Origin: Candidatus Woesebacteria bacterium
GTDB lineage: Bacteria > Patescibacteriota > Microgenomatia > UBA8517
DNA length: 64,000 nt
Reading direction: 5' to 3'
Assembly (NCBI GenBank): GCA_013374835.1
Contig: CP055307.1
Span: 471,315-535,314 of the forward strand
Part shown: positions 56,260 to 64,000 of the stretch, in pieces
How the letters are laid out: every line of letters starts with the position of its first letter
Numbering within the stretch: position 1 is the first letter of the stretch
Made by a program: the position numbers and the translations under genes
The notes under the pieces: generated by a model
What the model was told of the DNA's origin: nothing
Database searches by the model: none
Seen by the model: only the letters and a program-made list of their open reading frames with translations

Positions 56260-57792
56260 ATGAGATTCTTGAGAATGCATTTTTTCTCCTTTTTTTGTTT
56301 TTTAGTAATTATTTTTTCTGGATTTATTTTGCGGCTTATTAATCTTACTTTATTGCCTGTTTTTGCAGATGAGGCGATTTATATTAGGTGGTCACAAGTA
56401 ATGTCTGCTGAGCCTACTTTGCGGTTTTTACCGCTTTCAGACGGAAAACAGCCTCTTTTTATGTGGGTTTTAATGTTTTTAGTTAATAGAATTTCAGATC
56501 CTTTATTTGCTGGTAGAATAATTTCCGTTTTTTCAGGTATTGCAAGCTTAGTTGGAATATGTTTGATAAGTTATGTTTTGTTTAGATCCAAAGCGGTTTC
56601 TTTGGCGTCTGGCTTGCTCGTTTCAGTGTCCCCTTATTTTGTTTTTTTTGACAGAATGGCTCTGGTTGATTCGATGCTTACAATGTGGTTTATCTGGACT
56701 TTTGTGTTTGGCATATTAACCGTTAAAACACGAAGGCTTGATATGGCAATATTTAGTGGGTTTTGTCTCGGTTTTGCTTCGTTGACAAAATCGTCGGCGA
56801 TTTTTGCAGCTTTATTGTTGCCAAGTACGCTGATACTTGGTAGTTATTCAAAAAAGAGAAAGATCATGTTTTATGAATTTTTATACATTATGTTTTTGCT
56901 CGCCTTTTCTTATTTGGTTGCAGTTTCTATGTATAATATCCAGCGGTTGGGTCCAAATTTTCATCTTCTTTCTTCAAGGACAGCTGATTATGTTTTTCCG
57001 ATAAGTCATTTGTGGGAAAATCCCTTAGATCCTTTTAAGCCTCATATTTATCAGTCTTTTGAGTGGATTTTCATGATGGGGCCGTGGGGTATGTTTTTAC
57101 TTACCGCATATAGCCTTTTATTTATTAATAGAAAAAATTCAAGAGAAAAAGTATTTCTTCTTTTTTGGTTTTTAATACCTTTAATTATCCAGGCAATGTA
57201 TGCAAAAGTTTTTACGGCTCGATATTTGCTTTTTGTAATTCCACCTTTTTTTGTATTAGGGGGAAGCGCATTTTTGGATTTTAATAAGAAAAGTTTGCTG
57301 CCCAAAACTTTGATTGGGGTGATGCTGTTTTTTTTGTTTCAGGCTTTGAGTTTTGATTACAAGCTTTTAACCAATCCTTCAGTTGCTAATCTACCAAGAA
57401 GCGAGAGGTCCGGATATCTTGAGGAATGGACGGCAGGTACCGGGATTAAGGATGTCGCGGAATATATAAAAAAAGTAAGCACAGAAAACCCTGATGTCCA
57501 GATTGTAGTAGGAACAGAAGGGTATTTTGGAACGCTTCCTGATGGATTATTGATGTACCTTCAGGGTACCCCCAGAGTCGTTACGATCGGGGTTGGGCTA
57601 AATATTAAGGAAGTACCAGAGCCTTTGGTTGAATCCCGTGCTTTCGGGAATAAAACTTATCTGGTGGTTAATGACTCGAGGCTTAAAATTATTGATCCCG
57701 AGTCTCATGGATTAAAGCTTATCGAAAGTTTTGAAAAAGCCCAAAAGCCCGATGGCGGGCAAGAACGTTTGCTGTTTTTTGAGCTGATATGA
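56260..57792 (+). CDS. GT-C fold glycosyltransferase (ArnT-like)
   Basis: FADEAIYIRWSQ motif, about 12 TM helices, and a C-terminal soluble domain. Confidence 0.55.
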   Translation: MRFLRMHFFSFFCFLVIIFSGFILRLINLTLLPVFADEAIYIRWSQVMSAEPTLRFLPLSDGKQPLFMWVLMFLVNRISDPLFAGRIISVFSGIASLVGICLISYVLFRSKAVSLASGLLVSVSPYFVFFDRMALVDSMLTMWFIWTFVFGILTVKTRRLDMAIFSGFCLGFASLTKSSAIFAALLLPSTLILGSYSKKRKIMFYEFLYIMFLLAFSYLVAVSMYNIQRLGPNFHLLSSRTADYVFPISHLWENPLDPFKPHIYQSFEWIFMMGPWGMFLLTAYSLLFINRKNSREKVFLLFWFLIPLIIQAMYAKVFTARYLLFVIPPFFVLGGSAFLDFNKKSLLPKTLIGVMLFFLFQALSFDYKLLTNPSVANLPRSERSGYLEEWTAGTGIKDVAEYIKKVSTENPDVQIVVGTEGYFGTLPDGLLMYLQGTPRVVTIGVGLNIKEVPEPLVESRAFGNKTYLVVNDSRLKIIDPESHGLKLIESFEKAQKPDGGQERLLFFELI

Positions 57793-59042
57793 GATTTTTA
57801 AAAGAAAACTGGTTCAAATGGCTTCTGATTGGTTTAGCCTTAAGGCTTGTTTTAATGCCGATTACGGCTCATCCTGATCTTTGGGGGCATTCATTTACTG
57901 CTTATTTTTTTACAAATTTTAAGGTACTTAATCCTTATGAGCATTTAATGTCTTTGTCTTCGGACCATCCTTTGGTAGTAAACTTTGGTGTTTCGGATAT
58001 TTTTATTTATCCTCCTTTAACATATTTTACTTTGGGAATTTTTAGATTTTTGGTAAGCCCGTTATTGGATAGCCAATTTGTACCATGGCTTATGGAAAAT
58101 GTGGGGGAGTATTATTTGTATCACGGCGTGCATTGGCAGGTTTTTTGGTTTAAGTTTCCATATTTAATAGTAGATTTTTTAGCTGCGTTTTATTTTTGTC
58201 GATTGTTTGACAATAAAAAGAGCCGAGAACAGGCATTTATTTTGTGGATGATTAATCCTTTGACGATTTATTCTACTTTTATGATGGGGCAAATTGATAT
58301 TTTACCTACTTTTTTTGTGATTATCGCACTTTTTTTTGCGAAAAGGAAAAAATACGCCGAGTCTCTTTTGGCTCTTGGAGTTGGTGGTTCTTATAAAATG
58401 TTTCCGCTCTTATTGGTTCCTCTTTTTGCTTTTTTGTTCGGAAAAAGCTTTTGGGAAAGATGTAAATATTTGTTTTACGGATTCCTTCCTTTTGCGGCTT
58501 TTAGCATACCTTATGTCGGATCGAGGGCCTTTCGGCAGATGGTGCTTTTTACGCCCAAAAGCCAGAAGATGCTTTTTATGAGGTTTAACGTTTCGGGAGC
58601 AGAGGCTGTTTTGCCATTTGTTTTTCTCTTGTTTGTAATCTATTTTTATTCTTATTATCAGGCAAGGCGAAATATGCTCGTGCCTTTGTCAACAACGATT
58701 ACTCTTTTAATTTTCAGTTTAACTCATTATCATCCTCAGTGGTTTTTATGGGCAACTCCCTTTTTGTTTTGGGTGTTAGTTAAAGAAAATTTTCGGCCTT
58801 GGTTATTGGTCGCAACGCTTTTTGTTTGCTGGACGGTTCTTTTATTCTTTTTTGAACCGTCTTTGTCTTGGGGTCTTTTTGGAATTCTGGACCCATCACT
58901 ATTAAAAACCGCTTCTTTGGCTGATATCTTGGTAAAATATGTGGATGTATTTCAGTTTAAAAGTATAGTAAGGAGCGTGTTTGCCGGTGCTTCTTTATAT
59001 TTATCTTTTTCTATGATTAAAAATGAGAAAGAAAAAAAATAA
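57789..59042 (+). CDS. Polytopic membrane protein (GT-C-like)
   Basis: 417 aa with about 11 TM helices. Confidence 0.45.
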   Translation: MRFLKENWFKWLLIGLALRLVLMPITAHPDLWGHSFTAYFFTNFKVLNPYEHLMSLSSDHPLVVNFGVSDIFIYPPLTYFTLGIFRFLVSPLLDSQFVPWLMENVGEYYLYHGVHWQVFWFKFPYLIVDFLAAFYFCRLFDNKKSREQAFILWMINPLTIYSTFMMGQIDILPTFFVIIALFFAKRKKYAESLLALGVGGSYKMFPLLLVPLFAFLFGKSFWERCKYLFYGFLPFAAFSIPYVGSRAFRQMVLFTPKSQKMLFMRFNVSGAEAVLPFVFLLFVIYFYSYYQARRNMLVPLSTTITLLIFSLTHYHPQWFLWATPFLFWVLVKENFRPWLLVATLFVCWTVLLFFFEPSLSWGLFGILDPSLLKTASLADILVKYVDVFQFKSIVRSVFAGASLYLSFSMIKNEKEKK

Positions 59043-60687
59043 TTTTGACATAGTAAGACTTATTCTTCTTTTCTTTTTGATAGTCCCAACTTTTCGTTGG
59101 CTTTTGAGACCCGGTTATTTTAGTATGCATGATGATATGCAGGCGATGAGAGTTCTTCAGTTGGGTAAGTGCATTGAGGATTTGCAGATTCCCTGCCGTT
59201 GGGTGCCTGATATGGGGTATGGTTATGGATATCCTCAATTTAATTATTACGGACCTTTGCCGTACTATTTAATGTATTTTGTTTCTTTGTCAAACTTTGG
59301 GGTTTTAGAGAGTGTTAAAGCGGGATTTGTGCTCAGCATAATAGTTGGAGCTTTTGGAATGTATCTTTGGGGGCGAAAACTTTGGGGAAGCTATGGGGGT
59401 TTTATTTCTTCGATTGTTTATGCTTATTTGCCTTATAAGGCTTTAGATATTTACGTCAGGGGAGCGATGTCTGAGTCTTGGGCATTTTCAATTCTGCCTT
59501 TTGTTTTTTGGTCGATCGAGCTATGTTTCTCACGAAACAAACATGCAGTGATTTATCTTTCCCTATCCTTCTCTGCTCTTTTGATGTCGCACAATATTAC
59601 TACAATGATTGCTATGCCTTTTATTGTTTTATGGGTTTTAATTCGTTTCTTAACTATAAAAGGAAACGATCGACTTCAATTTGTAAAAAATTTATTTATT
59701 GGATTTTTTTTGGGATTTTTAACATCCTCTTTTTATCTGATTCCCGCTTTTTTGGAGAAGAAATATGTGCATGTTGAGACTTTAACTTACGGATACTTTG
59801 ATTATCGAAGACACTTTGTAGGTTTGTTTCAGCTTCTTTTTTCAAGCTTTTGGGGATATGGTTCTTCGGAGATCGGGCCTTATGACGAGCTTAATTTAAG
59901 CATTGGATTGGTCCCTCTTATTTTGCCTATTTTGGGACTTTTGGGGCATTTTTTGGTGAAAAAAAACCGAAAATTTTATTTGTTTCTTACTCTTTTTCTT
60001 TTTGGTTGGGCTAGTTTGTTTTTAATACACCCCAGATCCGTTTTTATTTGGAACAGTCTTCCTCTTTTAAAATATGTTCAATTTCCTTGGCGTTTCTTGG
60101 CTCTTTCCGGCTTATTTTTAAGTGCGTGCTCTGGTTTTTTTACTTATTTAATTGTAAAAGCAAAATTTCGGACAGTTCTGCTTATAACCGGGATAATTGT
60201 GTTTTTATATTCAAGTTATTTTCAACCGAAAGACATGTTTATTATTAGTGATAATGAAAAATTTTCAGGTGAACTTTGGGAGAAGCAAAGAACGATAAGT
60301 ATTTTTGACTATTTACCTAAGTCTGCTCAGTTTCCGCCGGGCGAGGCGGCTTCGGATAAACCTATCCTCATTGACGGAGATATTGATATTTTATCTTATT
60401 TTAAAGGAAGCAATTGGTATAGGTGGAAAATAAGTGTTAGCCGTGAAAGCGTTATGAAACTACCAATTATCTATTTTCCAAACTGGTCCGTTTGGATAGA
60501 CGGGAGTGTTTCCTCTTTTTCATACGATAATCCTTTAGGTCTTATAACGATTCGGGTACCACCTGGTAAGCATGAGATATATGCAAAACTTTTGGATACC
60601 AATATCAGGAAGGTGTCAAATTATATGTCATTTTTAGGATTGATACTAATTTCTTATTTATTGTATAAAATTAAGACCGATGATTAA
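59023..60687 (+). CDS. Polytopic membrane protein, paralog group 2 (member 1)
   Basis: YFSMHDDMQAMRVLQ..IPCRWVPDMGYGYG..FNYYGPLPYY...YVRGAMSE, shared with the next two genes. Confidence 0.5.
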   Translation: MRKKKNNFDIVRLILLFFLIVPTFRWLLRPGYFSMHDDMQAMRVLQLGKCIEDLQIPCRWVPDMGYGYGYPQFNYYGPLPYYLMYFVSLSNFGVLESVKAGFVLSIIVGAFGMYLWGRKLWGSYGGFISSIVYAYLPYKALDIYVRGAMSESWAFSILPFVFWSIELCFSRNKHAVIYLSLSFSALLMSHNITTMIAMPFIVLWVLIRFLTIKGNDRLQFVKNLFIGFFLGFLTSSFYLIPAFLEKKYVHVETLTYGYFDYRRHFVGLFQLLFSSFWGYGSSEIGPYDELNLSIGLVPLILPILGLLGHFLVKKNRKFYLFLTLFLFGWASLFLIHPRSVFIWNSLPLLKYVQFPWRFLALSGLFLSACSGFFTYLIVKAKFRTVLLITGIIVFLYSSYFQPKDMFIISDNEKFSGELWEKQRTISIFDYLPKSAQFPPGEAASDKPILIDGDIDILSYFKGSNWYRWKISVSRESVMKLPIIYFPNWSVWIDGSVSSFSYDNPLGLITIRVPPGKHEIYAKLLDTNIRKVSNYMSFLGLILISYLLYKIKTDD

Positions 60688-62362
60688 GAAAATATCTATA
60701 TTTATAATTATAATTTTGTCGTTGCCGACTTTTTATTATCTAACCAGGCCTGGATATTTTAGTATGCACGACGACCTTCAGATTATGAGGATTTATGAGC
60801 TTGAGAGATGTTTTAATGACGGTCAGGTTCCTTGCCGCTGGTCACCCGATATGACTTTTGGTTACGGACAAGCGATGTTTAATTTTTATAGTGTGCTTCC
60901 TTATTATTTTGGTTTTTTTATAAAAAGTATATTTGCAATAAGTATTGTTGATACGGTAAAAATACTTTTTCTTTTATCATTGGTGATTGGAAGTATTGGA
61001 ATGTTTCTTCTTTCTTCTGAGTTTTGGGGAGTTTTGATTGGTATCTTATCCTCTATATTTTATGCTTATGCTCCATATAGGGCTTTGAATGTTTATGTAA
61101 GAGGCGCATTGGCCGAATCATTCGCCCTTGCTTTTTACCCTTTTGTTTGGTACTCGCTTTATAAATTGATAGAAAAGAAGCAATTTAAATGGATGGCTTT
61201 ATCATCCATTTTTTTAGCGTTTCTTTTTATGACACACAATATCTCGACTATGATTTTTTTTTCTTTTAGCGTTTTATGGATTATTTTTTGGATAATTAAA
61301 TTTAGAAAGGTTTCGGCTTTACAGGATCTATTTTTGTCGGGCGTATTGGGTTTGGGTATGGCATCTTTTTTTCTGGTGCCTGCTTTTTTTGAAAGAAGTC
61401 TTATAAAGGATGATCTTTTTACTCGAGATTATTTTGAATTTCATGCACATTTTGTGTCATTAAGACAGCTTTTTTGGGATAGAGAATGGGGTTTTGGCCC
61501 TTCGATATTCGGAGACCGCGATGATTTGTCTTTTCAAGTGGGGATGGTTCACGCTGCCAGCTTGTTTTTAGGCGGAACAGTTTTTATTATTAGGTTTTTG
61601 TTTTTGAAAAAGCATGATTATAAGGACTATTTGTTTGCTGTCTTGGGAGCTTCTTCCGTTATTGCTCTTTTTATGGCACATTCGAGATCCACATCTTTGT
61701 GGTTTTTGATACCGATTCTTTCTTATGTGCAGTTTCCATGGAGGTTTATTGGTATTTGTGTTTTTTTAATTTCTTTGTCTGCTGGTTATCTTTTTCAAAG
61801 ATTGGGCGTATTTAGATATTTTTTTATTTTTTTGGTCGGGGTGGCTTTAGTTTTTTTTAATTATTCTTATTTTAAGCCGGAGCACTTGTTTTATTCCGAG
61901 ACCGATGAAACAAAACTTTCAGGAGAACTTTTTGATATTCAAAGAAAGGCGGCTCCATTGGACTATTTGCCTGTTACGGTTGACAGAGCGCCAGAAGAAT
62001 TAGCTCCTGAAAAACCTTTTTTTGAATCAGGTTTTGGTGACATAAGAAATTTTGTTTATCGAACCAATTATTTTTTCTTTGATGCGGAAGTTTATGAGAA
62101 AGGAAGAATTTTGGTACCAATTATTTATTTTCCTAGGTGGGTAATATTAGTAAATGACAACCTTTATGAGTTTGAAATTCAAAAAGATAACGGACTTATT
62201 GCCCTAAATCTTGAAAAGGGCAAATATATTGTGAGGGGACGCTTTGAAAATACGCCAATAAGAGATTTTGCTAACGGCCTAAGTATAATTTCTTTTACAG
62301 TTTTATTTTTTTTGTACATTGCTTATATTAATAAAAATAAAGTGTTATGGTACAAAGATTAA
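60680..62362 (+). CDS. Polytopic membrane protein, paralog group 2 (member 2)
   Basis: YFSMHDDLQIMRIYE..VPCRWSPDMTFGYG..YVRGALAE. Confidence 0.5.
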   Translation: MIKKISIFIIIILSLPTFYYLTRPGYFSMHDDLQIMRIYELERCFNDGQVPCRWSPDMTFGYGQAMFNFYSVLPYYFGFFIKSIFAISIVDTVKILFLLSLVIGSIGMFLLSSEFWGVLIGILSSIFYAYAPYRALNVYVRGALAESFALAFYPFVWYSLYKLIEKKQFKWMALSSIFLAFLFMTHNISTMIFFSFSVLWIIFWIIKFRKVSALQDLFLSGVLGLGMASFFLVPAFFERSLIKDDLFTRDYFEFHAHFVSLRQLFWDREWGFGPSIFGDRDDLSFQVGMVHAASLFLGGTVFIIRFLFLKKHDYKDYLFAVLGASSVIALFMAHSRSTSLWFLIPILSYVQFPWRFIGICVFLISLSAGYLFQRLGVFRYFFIFLVGVALVFFNYSYFKPEHLFYSETDETKLSGELFDIQRKAAPLDYLPVTVDRAPEELAPEKPFFESGFGDIRNFVYRTNYFFFDAEVYEKGRILVPIIYFPRWVILVNDNLYEFEIQKDNGLIALNLEKGKYIVRGRFENTPIRDFANGLSIISFTVLFFLYIAYINKNKVLWYKD

Positions 62363-63978
62363 TTTTTTTTGTTTTTTTAATTTTTTTGTTGCCGGCTGTG
62401 CTTCCACTTGTTAAATCTGGTTTTTATGAGCCCCATGATCTTCATCATTTAGCAGATATTTATGAGATGTATAGGGCAATAGAATCTCGGCAGATTCCAC
62501 CGAGATGGGGTCCTGATTTTATGTATGGAAGCGGGTATCCTTTATTTAATTTTTATTATCTAACCCCATTTTATTTGGGTGCTTTGTTTTACTTTATCTT
62601 TGGGAGTTTGACTCTTAGTTTTAAGATGGTGTTGTTGGTGAGTGCTGCTAGCGGATTTGTTTTTATGTTTTTATTTCTTCGAGAGTTTTTTGATCGCTAC
62701 TCTTCTTTTGCTGGATCCGTGCTTTTTTTGTACACCCCGTATCGGGCGGTTCAGATTTACGTAAGAGGCGCTATGGGAGAAGCGCTTGCTCTTTCTTTTT
62801 TTCCTTTGGTCTTGTTTTTTTTGGTTAAGCTTTATAAGGAGAAAAGCCACAGATATTTAGTTTTCTCAGCCTTTTCAATAGCAGTTCTTATATTAACGCA
62901 TAACTATTTTTGGGTACTTGCTTTTCCACTTTCCGTTTTGATGCTTTTTTGTATGGGTGTCCGGTTTGGTGATTTAAAAAGGTATGTAATTAGTTTTGTT
63001 TTTGCTATTGGTCTTTGTTTTTATTGGATTATTCCTGCCTTGGTTGAACAGAGATATGTAGGCAGTAAAACTCCGTTTTTATTAGTTGATCATTTTCCTT
63101 TTATCAAGCAGCTTATTTTACCGAGCTGGGGGTATGGAAGCTCGGTTTGGGGAGAGGGAGATGAGATATCTTTTCAGATTGGAATTCTTAACCTTTTAAT
63201 TATCGTTTTAGTATGTTTGTTTGCGGCTTTTAACTTTAGAAGATTGTTGAGAGATAAATATAGATATTTTTGGTTTTTAATGCCTTTAACTTTTTTTGTT
63301 TTGGTGTTTTTTATGAACATAAGATCTTACCCTATTTGGCAGATTATTCCTTTTTTTGATTTTATTCAATTTCCATGGAGGTTACTTATGTTTACAACGT
63401 TTGTTACATCTTTTTTGACGGCTCTTTTGATTAATGGGTTAAAAAGAGGAGCTTTTTTTGCTGTTTTATTATCTATTGCTGCGATTATAATTAATTATTC
63501 TTATTTTAAGCCTAGCAAGGTTGTTTATAAAAATGATGAAGTTTATTTGGAGCGTTTTTTTGAGAGCAAAGATTATAGCGAGGATTATTTGCTTTTGCCT
63601 ATTTGGAGTGAATCGCGTCCCAAACCATTTGATAGAAAGTACGGTATCGAAAAAGGGAGTGTGACAAAGGCTATAAATAAAAACAATCTTGAGTGGTATT
63701 TTGTTTATCAGTCTCCTAGTGATACTAGTCTTGAGTTTAGAAGTCTTTATTTCCCAGGATGGGGTGCGAAAGTTGATGGAGTTGAAATCCCTATACGGCC
63801 GACTGAGATTTACGGGCAGATTAGTGTTGAAGTGCCTGCTGGTGAGCATAGGATTGACTTTTTTTGGAGTGAGAATGCTATTAGATTGGTTTCTGATTTG
63901 ATAAGTGTATTTTCGATAATCGTTTTAGTATTTATAGTCGTTAAAAAGCCGAGATGGTGGATTTTGGGTTTGTCTTGA
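62347..63978 (+). CDS. Polytopic membrane protein, paralog group 2 (member 3)
   Basis: FYEPHDLHHLADIYE..IPPRWGPDFMYGSG..YVRGAMGE. Confidence 0.5.
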   Translation: MVQRLIFFVFLIFLLPAVLPLVKSGFYEPHDLHHLADIYEMYRAIESRQIPPRWGPDFMYGSGYPLFNFYYLTPFYLGALFYFIFGSLTLSFKMVLLVSAASGFVFMFLFLREFFDRYSSFAGSVLFLYTPYRAVQIYVRGAMGEALALSFFPLVLFFLVKLYKEKSHRYLVFSAFSIAVLILTHNYFWVLAFPLSVLMLFCMGVRFGDLKRYVISFVFAIGLCFYWIIPALVEQRYVGSKTPFLLVDHFPFIKQLILPSWGYGSSVWGEGDEISFQIGILNLLIIVLVCLFAAFNFRRLLRDKYRYFWFLMPLTFFVLVFFMNIRSYPIWQIIPFFDFIQFPWRLLMFTTFVTSFLTALLINGLKRGAFFAVLLSIAAIIINYSYFKPSKVVYKNDEVYLERFFESKDYSEDYLLLPIWSESRPKPFDRKYGIEKGSVTKAINKNNLEWYFVYQSPSDTSLEFRSLYFPGWGAKVDGVEIPIRPTEIYGQISVEVPAGEHRIDFFWSENAIRLVSDLISVFSIIVLVFIVVKKPRWWILGLS

Positions 63979-64000
63979 TAATCCTAAATGCAGTGCTTTG

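Noticed and set aside
1-64000. tRNA, rRNA, tmRNA or RNase P genes
   Set aside because: None recognised by eye. No GGTTCGAATCC-type T-arm with an acceptor stem stood out, and the GC-rich segments are better explained by repeat B and the small ORFs. A tRNAscan/Infernal run is needed to exclude them.

Overview
This is an AT-rich (about 35% GC) bacterial window that uses the standard genetic code; TGA acts as a stop. Gene content and style suggest an uncultivated, CPR/Patescibacteria-like lineage, but that is inference only.

Recognisable content, in order:
- 135-1006: a small AbiEii-like nucleotidyltransferase toxin/antitoxin-like pair.
- 1741-12664: a type IV pilus locus with PilB ATPase, PilC platform, a minor-pilin operon on the minus strand, a PilM-PilN fusion, a PilO-like gene and a PilA-like major pilin.
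- About 5505-5600: a candidate cobalamin riboswitch in front of an unknown gene that ends in a zinc ribbon.
- 12757-15196: a UbiA-family prenyltransferase and a sensor histidine kinase.
- 15.2-23 kb: a variable island of repeated modules. A conserved ~290-bp GC-rich leader occurs three times, each time in front of a different small GC-rich ORF with a canonical Shine-Dalgarno site. Each leader carries a (CTT)n tract with n = 3, 4 and 5 between promoter-like hexamers. The island also holds two short M3-like metallopeptidase paralogs, each preceded by a conserved 66-nt hairpin element, a ~110-130-aa paralog family, and a truncated sigma-70 gene.
- 23-29 kb: secreted and surface proteins, one with an SH3b-like domain; a frameshift-split Big_2 adhesin-like gene; and a frameshifted remnant of a DDE transposase.
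- 29.9-33.8 kb: a second minor-pilin set ending in a vWA-domain protein, then a stand-alone receiver-domain response regulator and a CAP-domain protein.
- 34.6-37.8 kb: dTDP-rhamnose genes rmlABCD, with trmD on the opposite strand.
- 38.5-64 kb: a very large glycosylation locus with 2 SAM methyltransferases, 3 Dpm1-like GT2 synthases, about 12 polytopic GT-C-like membrane proteins (several in tandem paralog runs) and an NrnA-like DHH phosphoesterase.

No CRISPR array, rRNA or convincing tRNA was recognised.
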